From contig CAJINV010000027.1 of NCBI GenBank assembly GCA_905178155.1, forward strand, positions 123,697 to 187,696: DNA of 64,000 bases, read 5' to 3'. The stretch's first letter is position 1. The number at the start of each line of letters is the position of its first letter. The translations under genes were made by a program, and so were the position numbers. Source of the DNA: Amoebophrya sp. A120 (Eukaryota > Protista > Dinoflagellata). Under the pieces are notes generated by a model. The model saw nothing but the letters and a program-made list of their open reading frames with translations, searched no databases and was not told the DNA's origin. This document shows, one piece after another, positions 12,992 to 25,071 of this stretch.

Positions 12992-13707
12992 AAAAAGCCG
13001 GAACTTTAATGAGTTTGAAGGCTCTTGCTTGGTACCGCTACCCTCCCGCTGCGTGCGGGACTAGCGACGAGTACAGTCTTCAAGAATGAATAGTACACGA
13101 TTTTTTTGATTTAAGTATATATTTTCGTCAGCATGAGGACCTGTTTGCGGTTTTTTATGTTGACACGAAGATAAGAAGCAACTCATCTCCACGTGACTGG
13201 CATAAAAAAGTGATCGACCGCTGCGACTTGCTACCTCATGATGTCTTGAGTCCGAGCGAGGGCCAAGAAGTTGCTTTAGTCGCAGTTTGTCTACATCATT
13301 TTCAAGACGTTGTTACGTAAGAGAAGAAGAGCGCTAGCACTTGTATAATGCACATGATCCGAGAAAGAAGAAGCGAGTGAATCCCCCAAAATAAGCATTA
13401 CACATAAGAGTATGTCAGCGAAAGAAGTTTGCTTTCTACCGATATTTTCTAGGCGGATGACAAATCATTATTTTTATTCCATTATAGTACATACAAGCTT
13501 TTCCTCTTTATGGGCCACCCAGTGCACCCCAGAAGTACAAATCATTACCCATTCGGCCACCTGAGTTGAGGTATCGGCTTCAGTACATCAGCGTAAGCAG
13601 CTGATAGGCCAGCCATCTTGCCGCACGAAGTAGGATCTATCGAATTCATGCGCTTTTTGTAGATTTGCTGCCTGTACGGCATAAGTAATAATAGCAAGAG
13701 AAGTTTT

Positions 13708-13972
13708 CCGCAGCTTCATCTTGCAGGCTTTTCGTTTTCATTCGTATTTAGCATTACCAACTGCCTCCATCGAGCACGGCAAAAAAAAAGATGCCCAAGA
13801 ACTGTATTCATGCATTACAGACCTTGTGGTCCATGAAATCTCTCGACATCACAAATCCAGACTCATCCAGGGAGGAAATTGGCAACGCATATGCTTAAGT
13901 CCACAACTGTTCAACGAGTTCAGTTACCTGCTGGACTTCGTGTTTATTGCGGACTCGTTCTTTCTGCAACAC
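13708..13972 (+). repeat. Dispersed intergenic repeat (copies at ~23273-23760 and ~23992-24410)
   Basis: Shared sequence ccgcagcttcatcttgcaggctttt...ggcaacgcatatgctta...ggacttcgtgtttattgcggactcgt. Confidence 0.85.
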
Positions 13973-14472
13973 AGGAACACCACGACACGACAGGAGCCAA
14001 CATTTGAGATCAACAATCCAGGAACGTCAAAGGAGCACAAATCTACTTATTATGCTGTTGCAAATGAGGATCTGGATCAGCATAAAAAAATATATTAGAT
14101 TGCAATCGGTTTTTTGGCAACTGGATCTCCTGGATGAACGTAAAAATTTTTCCTCGTCATCATCTTCATTGCTACGACAGAATCTTCTGATCACCGGGGA
14201 CCAGAAAATGAAAATGGTTTCCGTCACCAGTAAGCAACCGAAACGCGGTCCACCACATTAAATGCTGTTGGTGCTACTTGCGAGGACATTTTTGAGGTGT
14301 ATTTTACGATCAAAGAGAAAGGTGCGCAGATCGTAATCAAGAGAAAGGTCGGTGAAAAATCCCAACATCTTCGGCTTCACATAAAGACCGCTTGAAAATA
14401 AAAGTGTTGCATTGCTACTGCTAGAAACAGCCGCATGGAGAGGATTACTCAACATACTGCTTTTCAATTTAC

Positions 14473-14504
14473 TACTGGTTGCATTCAGATGAATGCAACC
14501 AGTA
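14473..14504. repeat. Perfect palindrome, 15-bp arms, 2-nt loop
   Basis: tactggttgcattca-ga-tgaatgcaaccagta. Confidence 0.9.
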
Positions 14505-15003
14505 AGTACCTATGACTCCGCAAATAAGTAAGTACCTATGTATAGTGGTACACGCGAGGAGTGCATGCTGCATGCTGCCCCATCAAGCATGAGGTTGGCC
14601 TCCACCACTCCGTTTCTACTTTAGCCTCGACTGCCAGCGCCTAGACGGGAAAGAACCCGGTCGGAGTGGTTGATAGAAGAATTTTTTCGACACAGGTATC
14701 GGATCGGTTCACCGAAAGGAAATGAAATTTTTGATCAAAGATCGTTATCTAACTTTATGACATGAGTACTACCCCAAAAAAATCTTCACAGAGTCATGAT
14801 CTTCATCAGCCAGCATACCGCGTATGATCTCTAGCTTTATCTGTAAAGGCCTGTTCAAGTTGTAGAACAAATGCAGATCCATTGTTCATTGCATCTCGTG
14901 GCCATATGTGGCATGATAAGATCTTAATATCCGGGTCGATGAACACAATAAACAAGAGGACATGGCTGTACTAAAATCCAAAGAAATCCGTGGAGCACGA
15001 CAT

Positions 15004-16209
15004 AATTATCTATAATGCTATTGCAAAAATTCTGGCGGGCGGGGGGGTGCAAGGTGCTAGCAGAAATGCTGCTAGCGGAATCGTGCTAGCAGAAAAATGA
15101 GTACTAGTAGAAATCCTGCTAGTGTTTTTAGCGTTACAAAAAAGCGCGAGAGGTACTAGTAACAGGCGCCACTAGTGAAGGCGCCCACTAGTGGAGACAC
15201 TAGTGACAAAAAGCCCGACTTTGGGGAAAGCGGAAACACTAGGGGGAAAACCCGCCAAAGTAAGTGGGAAACTCGCTCGGAGGGAGACGCGCGCTGCCCG
15301 GCCCCCGGGTGGCCTTCGGCCCTGCCTGCCGTGGTCTGGGCCCGTGGCCGTGGCTTAGATGCCTGGCGGTTCGCGTACGTTTGGCTGCCCCAGGCTGAGG
15401 TCGCTCTGCATTCTGGCGCCCCTCCCCCTTCCACCTCTGTTGCGAGGGCTCTCGCGTCAGTTCGCGCCTTTTTCTGCCGTGTGTGGCTCGGCAAGCCGGA
15501 CTCCGTCGCGTGCTCACTGCCGACCGCGGGGGCTCTTCGGCCGCGTCGGGGCGGTCTGATTTTGCCACGTCTCCTCTGGATTGCCAAGCATGCTCTCGGC
15601 CTGCCTCTTTACGGCTCTCCCCCTATGCCTGTTTGCTGGGCCCTTCTCCTTTCGTTCCCAGCCAACGCTTTTTGCTTCGGCCCCTGCCGTGGGCTTTCGC
15701 TTTGGCCTTCTTGCTTTTTTTTTGGGGGGGCTGTCTGGTTTCTAGCAAGAACCACCCGCAGCACCTCCCCTGCCTTCCCGCTGCGGCTGCCCTGCCGCCC
15801 TGCCTGCCCTGCTTTATCTTTGCTGGGTGCCGGCAGTGTTTCTAGCCTTTCGGCCGTCGGCGCGCTTTTTTCGTGCTGTTTCCCGCTGCTAGCCTCCCGA
15901 GCCTCCGAAAAGGGTCTGCGCACGCTCTCCGGCGGCTCTGTTTGTGGGGGCCCGGGCAGGGGCTGCGCCCAGTGCCCCCGCACGCCCCTCGCACCTAGCG
16001 GCCTTGCCTCTATGTGCGCTTCCTTCGCTCCCGCCAAGGGAGAAGGGCCGGGCGTGGGCGCTGCCGTTTCTCTTTTTCGCACGCTGGTCGCGCCAACATA
16101 GTTTCAGCATGTACGGCTGGCCACTGGCTGCCACGTTCTTTTCCCCTCGCCCCCCCTTGCACCCCCTCGTCGCCGGGCCGGCGGGCGCGGAGCGACCGCC
16201 CGTTCTAGA
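15004..16209 (+). mobile_element. GC-rich non-coding element with hairpin + CTAG 3' end, flanked by a 32-bp direct repeat
   Basis: 14972-15003 = 16210-16241; homologous to 44882-45935. Confidence 0.85.
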
Positions 16210-16850
16210 TAAAATCCAAAGAAATCCGTGGAGCACGACATCTGTAGAAGATGACAGCAGCGCGCAAGAATCGGTAACAAAATGCGTTCCCTGCCTAGAG
16301 TGAGTGCTGACCCGGGATCGTGATCGGTAACAAAATGCGTTCCCTGCCTAGTGTGAGTGACCCAGTACTACGGAAGCCATGAGCAAGAACATGAAGAGCT
16401 GTCAAATCTAGGGCGTCCAGCGCTTCAGGGGACAGTCGAGGTTTTTGTCAGCCTCCTGCTTCACAAAAACACACAGCCTCTTACTTCAAACAGTGCAGGA
16501 GTAGAAATCTTTTACCCCGACAAAACAAAGACGCCTCAGAATCCGCATTAGATCGAGGCATACATCTTCTATCTTCATCCCGTACAGGATTTTTCAGTTC
16601 CAGGCACTAGTTTTGCTATAATATCGCTTTTATATATCGCCAGGCACTAGTTTTGCTATAATATCGGCATCGCTATTTATATTTTTTGAAGTGGTCGTGC
16701 GTCAGCATCAGCAACTTTAATATTCCTTCGTCTCGGTCGGAGTCGCAGGAGGACATATCAGTGGCCCAACTGATTGTGATTGTGCATCACAGTAAAGAAT
16801 ATAGAAAAAGTAGAAGGAGGTCGTAGAGGAGATCGCTAGCCGCCGACATC

Positions 16851-19800
16851 ATGAAGTTTTTTCTTATTTTCGTTCTCGCTGCGACAGAATGGGTCGGGGC
16901 CTCGGCCTCCGGGCGGAAAGCGCCGCTCGTCCTGTTTCCGCCATCTCCTGCTGAAGGTAAAGGTAGTGGAAGGCACAGCGCAGGTAGTGGAAGCCGCAGC
17001 GCGAATAGGAGATTGCACAACTCCCCCTCCCCCTCATTTGTATTGCATGAGCGGCAATACAAGCATCAGCCAGAATGCCGGTTTTGCATGACAAATTTGC
17101 ACCGCCGGAGAAGTGTTGTGCTATTTGGGCTACCAGAGCTTGTCATTCAAATAGTGCCGCAAGGCAGCGTCAGCGAATAACGCAGGCACTTTGCATGACA
17201 AATGAGGGGGAGGGGGGTTGTGCACTCTTATATCGAGCCGCAAGCAGAGACAGAGTTCTCGCAGCGCCAGTGTGGCGAGTAGTAGTCGTAGTAGTAGCAG
17301 CAAGTACGAGGAGGGAGTCTATGAAAACGTCAGAATCGAAATGGACAAAATCGAAAAATTTGTGATGCACAAAATCGATGTGGTCAGTTGGAGTCTCAGT
17401 TCCCAACTGGCGCATGACAAATTTCGGGAGCACCCAAATCCAGTCTGTCGTGCTGTTTGGGCAAAGAAGACTGCTCCTGTCGTGTTACTCTGGTGGCAGC
17501 ACATCGCGCACCCCTCAACAGGCTTACAATTGGTCTTATTTGCCTGCTTCCCAATACAGGCCGCCAGTGCCTTACATTTTATGCATCACAAATTTTTCGA
17601 TTTTGTCCATTTCGATCCTGACACATCCATACAGTCGCTTCGCTCGCAGAGACGTTTCGCGAAATCGCGAAGGAAATGGCCTTGGCCATATGCATTGGAA
17701 ATTAATATGTCCTCTGGGTCTCCCGGAAAGATTGGAACTTGTGATGCGTATTTCACGACACACAAACTTTTCATGCATAGGCACCAAAAGTACAAGTGCC
17801 CCACTTCGCGGCATCGAAATAGAGAATTAATGATGCGGATTACGCATAATTTTGCGGAACCGTCTCAAAGCCTGTTAAAAAGAGGCCAGGGCTTCCAGCA
17901 TGCCAGACGTTCCGAGTGAGTCATGGAAAAACAGCATGACAGAAATGAAATCTGCAATCTTCCACACCCCGACTCAGACATACTTATTTGCATTTGATAG
18001 GCCACGACCCCGGACGGCGGGCCCGCCAAAGACCGAAGAACCGTTCTGGTCGCGTTCAGTGACGGAAGCAGTAATAGTGAACAAGATAGCAGCGACGGGA
18101 GCAGTGACAGAAGCCGTGACAGAAGACAGGACCACACTGGTGCGGTCGCGTCGTACGCAGTGTACGCCCAATCGTACGAGATCAAACGATATGCATTGCA
18201 AATATGTTTGGATCTTCTGGAAGGATGCAGCTTGTCATGCTAGATCTGGATCATGCAAGAATTTGTGTTGCACGATTACCAAACGCGGTGCACTTTTGAC
18301 CAAGTCGAGAGGGAGTTTCGCATGTAGGATAGGCATCCATGATACAGATCTCAGAGAACCTGTCCTCGTGCTCGGTCCTGCATTCCAGAGCCCATGGAAA
18401 TGGGCCACCACGTTAAACCTGCATGACAAGTCTCTTCATCTTCCAGACCCAGACATTCTTGCAATCCATAAAAGAGTGCGGGACGATTACAAGCGCAAGC
18501 CTGAGGGCTTGAGCGGGTATGTGCTCGATCTGGAAAGCACGGAGTGCGCCTGCAGGCCCTGTAAGTTCGTCGTTTCGCTGGCTACAAGCAAGGCGGTCAA
18601 TGATGATGCAAGGTTGGGCAGCACGTCCACGTTCGTGACGGCTCAAAAAACTCACTCCCTGGCCGAGCTGCTGACGCGCACCGAAACGGCCCTCGTTGAA
18701 AGTTTCCGCTTCGACAACCCCAGTGAGAAGGTTGCGAGTACGTTGGCGGCCCAGTACCAGCTTGCAAAGCTCTTCCGGGAGATGTTTTTCCAGGATAACC
18801 GCTGGCGGCACGAGGTGCTTTATAACACCAAGCTATCGACCGGGCAGAAGGAGTTTAGTAAGGCGGTGAAAGATTTTCACCCGAAGCTGCTGCTCGACGC
18901 CGGTTTCTCTTCGATGAACATGAAGCAGGCAGATTTCGTTTCCATCCGAGAGTTTTTTCTGCCGTCTCACGTAGACTTTGGCCGCAGCACGACGGACCCC
19001 TCTCGGTCCCGCTCCCGTTCCGCGTCATCAGAATCTGTGCGGAGCAGTGCGCGCGAGACGAAACCCGACCAGGGGCCCTCCACGTCGTACCCGGCGATAT
19101 TCAAACGACGACAGGAGGGAAGCTCGTTGGAGCTCTCGTCCGTGGCCGAGCTCCGGGGAGTGGCGCTTGCGGTCGCAGTCTTCGCTCGTCACGTCCGTGG
19201 TAGGGGGACATCCACGTTGATGGAGGGGCTGCCTCTCGACCACATCGTTTTCGCTTGCGACAACAAGCTGGCGCTCGAAGAAATTCGGTTTGGGTGGCGC
19301 AACGCTGCCAAGCGTTCTTCGGGACCGATGAAGCCCGCCTTCGCCGTGCCCCACGAGTTGGTGCAGCAGGTTGTCGAGCACTTGGCGTTCCTGGCCCAGG
19401 AACACGGCGATGCTTTTTACCGTTTCGCCTGGCAGCGCGCGGGGCACGAGCGAAAGCACCTTAGCTCCGAAGAGAAGTTTTTTTACGCCTCAGCGCAGCG
19501 GGTCGCCGACGCGGGCGCGCGGCTTTTCCGGAAAGCGGTTGAAAGCCCCGAGTGGGCTTTGGCGGTGCCTGAACGGAGCAGAGACAATTTGGGAGTCGCC
19601 AACGCATTCCGAGAAACATTTTTGTGCATGAGCGAGGACCGGCTCCAGACCGGCATCGTCGCCGGCCTGGCTTTTTTCAAACGCAACAGCGGCCAAAAAG
19701 CGATGGGTACTACGAATTTGTTCACGCTGGGAGCAGGGGTGGATCCGGACCCCGTCGCAGCTGCAGAGCTTTGCGTCGGCTCCTGTGTGTCAGGCTCTCG

Positions 19801-22235
19801 TGTGGCGCTCGCCACACTAAGTTCTTTTGGAGACGCATGTCGCGACGGACGGCCGGCGACCTGGTTTCAGGAGGAGTTAGGCAAGCCCGCGACGGCGGCC
19901 GCCTTTCCGCACTCTTTGTCGACGATCCAGAGTGAGGTGGGCGCCCCGTCGTCCTCTGTTGATGTGGGAAACCTCTGCGACGTAGCGGATGCGGAGCCGG
20001 TTTTGCGCAGGAATAGGGGGGACCCTGAAATCACGATCGCACGGGCACGCGACCCGAGGGGGCGATCGGCTACGCGCCCCGGAGGAGCCCCCCGCGCCAC
20101 CGGGTTGCCCAGGCACCGTCTCGGACCGGTGCCGGAAAACGTCCAAACTTGGCCGCTATCAAATGTAAAAATGCCTGGGTCTGGAAACTTGTGATGCTGG
20201 GCGGCGTCTCGTGATGAGCATGAGGCCACAAATGCTGGCTCAGCATGACAAGTTTCTGATTCTGAGCTTCTAGCTTTTGCCTATTCTGCATGACAAACTG
20301 CGGTGCTGCATCACAGAAAATAAATGGAGCTCTTGTAATATAACGTGCATGACAGATTTGTAGAGTTATGCCAGGCAAGCATGACAAACATACATCCTTC
20401 CAGACCCAGACACTTTTGCACTTGATAGCCGCAGGTAGTAGGCTACACGCCACAACCTCCACTGTCCCAGTTCTTAGTACCCGTAGTGTATCCGGTATGG
20501 AGAGAAAAAAGTTTGTCACAGTCACTAACTTGCAGGTTTTGCATGACAAATTTTCTCAGCATCACAAACTTTCCTTGTATTGCAGAAACACTAGGGAAAT
20601 CCGTAATGAAGTCTTGCTGTGATGCATTTTTACGCATGACAAACAATTTTGTATTGCAAGAATGCGCATGAGTGATCGTGACGAACTTTTTTTCTTTGAT
20701 ATCCGGATGGGTCGATGTACACCGGGTTCTTCTGGGATGTATAAAATGTAAAAATGTCTGGGTCTGGAAGAATGCAACTTGTGATGCTGCATCTGGATTC
20801 CAGAAAAATCTGTATTGCATGAGTACCAAAAGGAATGGAATTTTTGCTACGCCGAGGGGGCATTTGTCATGCGGAATAGGCATCAAGAAGCTCTCAAAAA
20901 ATCTGTGATGCTAGGGCACGCATCACAAACATCAGGCCTCATGCAAAACGTGCATGACAAGTTTCAGAATCTTCCAGACCCAGACATTTTTACAGTTGAT
21001 AGGATGGCAAGAGGCACGGCTGGGGTAGGCTGATGTCGCCGGACGGGCGGGTGCAGTACGATGGAGAGTGGTGCGGCGGCAAACGACACGGCTCTGGCGT
21101 GGGCACGTATACGGATGGGTCGAAGTACAACGGGAAGTGGCAAGACGACAAGCTGCACGGCTGGGGTACGCTGATGTCGCCGGACGGGCGGGTGAAGTAC
21201 GCTGGAGAGTGGTCCGGCGGCAAACTACACGGCTCTGGCGTGTACACGTATAAGGATGGGTCGACGTACAACGGGGAGTGGCAGGACGACAAGAGGCACG
21301 GCCACGGCGTGAACGAGTATCCGGATAGGTCGAGGTACAACGGGAAGTGGCAGGACGACAAGAAGCACGGCCAGGGCCTGCACACGTATCCGGATAGGTC
21401 GAGGTACAACGGGAAGTGGCAGGACGACAAGAAGCACGGCCAGGGCCTGCACACGTATCCGGATAGGTCGAGGTACAACGGGAAGTGGCAGGACGACAAG
21501 AAGCACGGCCAGGGCCTGCACACGTATCCGGATGGGTCGACGTACAGTGGCGAGTGGCTGAACGACAAGCGCAGCGGCCAGGGCCTGCACACGTATGCGG
21601 GCGGGACGACGTACAGCGGGGAGTGGCTGAACAACAAGCGCAACGGCCAGGGCCTGTACACGCATGCGGACGGGTCGACGTACAGCGGCGAGTGGCGGGA
21701 CGCCAAGAGGCACGGCCAGGGCGTGAACAAGTATCCGGATGGGTCGACGTACAGTGGCGAGTGGCTGAACGACAAGCGCAGCGGCCAGGGCCTGCACACG
21801 TATGCGGACGGGTCGACGTACAGTGGCGGGTGGCTGAACGACAAGCGCAGCGGCCAGGGCGTGAACGAGTATCCGGATGGGTCGACGTACAACGGGAAGT
21901 GGCGGGACGACAAGAGGCACGGCCACGGCCTGCACACGTATGCGGACGGGTTGACGTACAGCGGGGAGTGGCGGGGCGACAGGAGGTACGGCCAGGGCGT
22001 GAACAAGTATCCGGATGGGGTGACGTACAGCGGGGAGTGGCGGGGCGACAGGAGGTATGGCCAGGGCGTGAACAAGTATCCGGACGGGTCGACGTACAGT
22101 GGCGGGTGGCTGAACGACAAGCGCAGCGGCCAGGGCGTGCACACGTATGCGGGCGGGACGACGTACAGCGGGGAGTGGTTGGACGACCACCGACACGGCC
22201 AGGGCCTGTACACGGAGACGAATGGCCGGACATAA
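16851..22235 (+). CDS. 1159-aa protein: signal peptide + RNase H-like domain + ~18 MORN repeats (7 introners)
   Basis: Spliced length 3480 nt, open. N-term MKFFLIFVLAATEWVGASA; RNase HI-like motifs VAFSDGS, SSVAELRGVALAV, IVFACDNKLAL, FAWQRAGH, QRVADAGAR; MORN repeats YxGEWxxDKRHGQGxxxYPDG. Confidence 0.8.
17006..17232. mobile_element. Introner family G
   Basis: TIR; DR gcgaa/tcgag. Confidence 0.88.
17320..17631. mobile_element. Introner family D
   Basis: TIR; DR gagtc/cagtc. Confidence 0.9.
17689..17999. mobile_element. Introner family A-like, degenerate
   Basis: DR ggcca/ggcca. Confidence 0.85.
18190..18470. mobile_element. Introner family A
   Basis: TIR; DR aacga/aaaga. Confidence 0.88.
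20157..20427. mobile_element. Introner family A
   Basis: TIR; DR gccgc/gccgc. Confidence 0.9.
20496..20701. mobile_element. Introner family F
   Basis: TIR; DR tccgg/tccgg. Confidence 0.9.
20702..22220 (+). repeat. MORN repeat array (69-nt/23-aa units)
   Basis: ORF 21033-22235 is a tandem of 23-aa units, some identical at DNA level; the first unit is split by introner 20740-21001. Confidence 0.95.
20740..21001. mobile_element. Introner family A
   Basis: TIR; DR ggatg/ggatg. Confidence 0.9.
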
Positions 22236-23272
22236 AAACTCAGTCGCTTTTTCTAGGCGCGTTTTGCCGAGCCAGCACAGCACAGCAGCATTACAAGTTG
22301 TAGCCCGCCAGGGGTCAGCACATCATGGTGGCGGCCTTTTTGCTTTCCCCGATCATGCATAGCAAGAAAAAGGAAGATAATGTGCATGATCCTCACGGCC
22401 CGAAAGAACTTATTTCCACCCCTACATGCAAAGTGCGTTCGAGAAAAATCCATTGCCATTGCTATACTTATTTTGTGTATATCGAGATGAAGAAGGGTGT
22501 TGAAAAGATGAGGAAGTGCGAAAAGTAGCGCAAAGGCAAGAAGTTTGCCTTGCTCCCCTTGAGAGATAGTAGTGACGTTGAACAGTAGAAGTCACCACTC
22601 CTCCCATATAACCCCGTCAGTTAGCTAAGTCATTCACGACTCACTCACTGTTTTTGGACGCAAGAGGATGCTAGTTTGCCCTTTATTTGCTGAGCATTCT
22701 TCTTCTTTGAAAAGGAAAACGAAAACTCCAGCGGGGGTGAATGGGACGGTGCATGGTATTTGAAATTATTTGCGCGTGGCAGGCTTTAGCATCGATTTTT
22801 ACATCTGCTATGTGATTGTGAAGTTTCCTGTAGTCGTGGCGAACAAAAAATTTGGAAACTTTCAAAGAGGTTACGATCCCCAAACGTTATGGGTTTTATG
22901 GTATACATAAGTCGCGCACTTTGCGCAATTCTGATAAAGTATTTGCGCTTGATAAGTATATAGAACTACATATTCTGAGTATAGGGCTTAGCACGTAATA
23001 ATGTTAGGTTTTATTGCTATACTATCTATTGAAGTATACTATCTGTATTTGTAAGTATTAAGGGTATTATTGACAAACGTGTAAAAATTTTTTTTCCTAT
23101 TGGTGGAGTCTCTAATAAGGTCGCGCGTAGTTGTGCCTCCAAGAACAGCTGCAGTTCCACTTTATTAAGATTCCTACAACTCAAAATGCGCGAGCGCGCT
23201 AAGAAAGATAGAGTCCCAGATAGAAACCAAATGCCCTGTAGTGACGAGTTAAGGAGCTGCAAGATAAGTTAG

Positions 23273-24410
23273 CCGCAGCTTCATCTTGCAGGCTTTTCAT
23301 CATTCGTATTTAACATTACCGACTGCCTCCATCGAGCGCGGTTAAAAAAAAGATGCCCAACTGTATTCATGCACTAATACAAACTTTTTGGTCCATGAAA
23401 TCTTCCGACATCACAAATCCAGACATTCAGGAGGGGTATTGGCAACGCATATGCTTAAAAGTCCACACCTGTTCAACGAGTTCAGTTACCTGCCGGACTT
23501 CGTGTTTATTGCGGACTCGTCTCTGCAACACAAAAAATCTTGATCCTCTTGCAACAACGCAAGAAAAGTTCTTGTGTCTAAAGTCCTCGTGGTCACAATT
23601 ACAGATCTGTTTCTGCAACACAAATCTCGATGATTACAAGCCAAAAAAATGACAAGCCATCAAGTTCTCCTCTCTACTGTGTGTCTTTCCGAAAAAATCT
23701 TTTCTGCAGCAGAAATCATGATCCTCTGGCAAAATTGCAAGACACGTTCTTCTGCAAAGCTTGTGCCTGTTGCTGGACGAGCCGTATGTATTTTCTTAAA
23801 ATCGAAGAGAGAAGTTTCTGATTCTGATTCCGAGCTCAGCATGACAAGTTTCTGATTCTGAGCTTCTAGGTTTTGCCTATTCTGCATAACAAACTGCGTT
23901 TCTGCATCACAGAAAAATGGAGCTCTTGTATAACGTGCATGACAGATTTATAAAGTTATGCCAGGCAAGCATGACAAACATACATCCTTCCAGAACTGTA
24001 TTTATGCATTACAGACCCTGTGGTCCATGAAATCTTCCGACATCACAAATCCAGACCCATCCAGGGAGGGTACTGGCAACGCATATGCTTAAAAGTCCAC
24101 AACTGTTCAACGAGTTAAGTTACCTGCCGGACTTCGTGTTTATTGCGGACTCGTCTCTGCATCTGCAACACAAAAAATCTTGATCCTCTTGCAAAAACGC
24201 AAGACAAGTTCTTTTGTCGAAAGACCTCGTGGTCACAAATACAAATCTGTTTCTGCGAACACAAATCTCGATCGATGATCATCGATCGTGCAAAATTTCT
24301 TGAAGCCATCAAGTTTTCCTCTTTACTGTGTCTACTTGCCGAAAAAATCTTGTCTGCAGCAGAAATCATGATCCTCTGGCAAAATTGCAAGACACGTTCT
24401 TCTACAGAGC
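23273..24410 (+). repeat. Tandemly duplicated dispersed repeat with an embedded TIR-less family A fragment (~23845-23994)
   Basis: ~23368-23760 resembles ~23992-24410; the fragment matches ~20238-20404. Confidence 0.8.
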
Positions 24411-25071
24411 TGTTTCCACAAAAATGCCTGATCTTCGGATATGAAATTACTCCTCCTTCTGCAGAACTGTTTGTGCGGAAGATGTTCTACTTGAGCGGTC
24501 CGAAAAATTAATTGTTCTTCTGTCGTCGCGATCCAAATTTGTCGCGGTGGGATCCTTTCAAATCTGTGCTCTTGTGAAGTAACTTCTACAACGATCAACA
24601 GAGATGAATAAACCAAATCGCGGATCTTCTTCCTACTAGATCGTGCCCTAATTCAGCTGTATTGATGGAATGATAACGTTCATACTGCCCTTGCTGACGA
24701 CTTCTGACCAACGCGGCCCGCCACTCCGTAAGAAAAAATCAGCCAGGAATAGCAAATTTCTCATAGGATAATTTTCTGAAGAACGTGCGGACCCACCAGC
24801 CTTCCTTTCGCTGACCGTAGCAGGCTGCCTATGAATTTTCGATATTTTTTATTTCCGCCATATTTTTCTCGTGTTCTTTCAATCGAATTGCGCTTAGCCG
24901 GAGCGGTCAACCAGTTTTTCAAGCAACGATAGTTTCTGACGTTTTTGATTACGTAAAGTGCCACGAGTGATATTATTGCAGTAGGCACAATAACTCCATC
25001 TACATAAACAGCAGTGAAAAACTATCCGAACGCATAAAAACTCTTCTCCATTTGTACATGAAATATTAAAC

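Noticed and set aside
15175-16101. 308-aa ORF (and 310-aa ORF at 45061-45993) as a transposase
   Set aside because: Low-complexity translation, frame not conserved between the two copies, no catalytic motifs.
17900-20194. Autonomous DDE transposase or retroelement driving the introners
   Set aside because: Motifs are RNase HI-type; no RT, integrase or flanking element ends; part of a signal peptide/MORN gene.
20932-22303. Long antisense and alternate-frame ORFs (433, 407, 352, 272 aa)
   Set aside because: Shadows of the GC-rich MORN tandem array.
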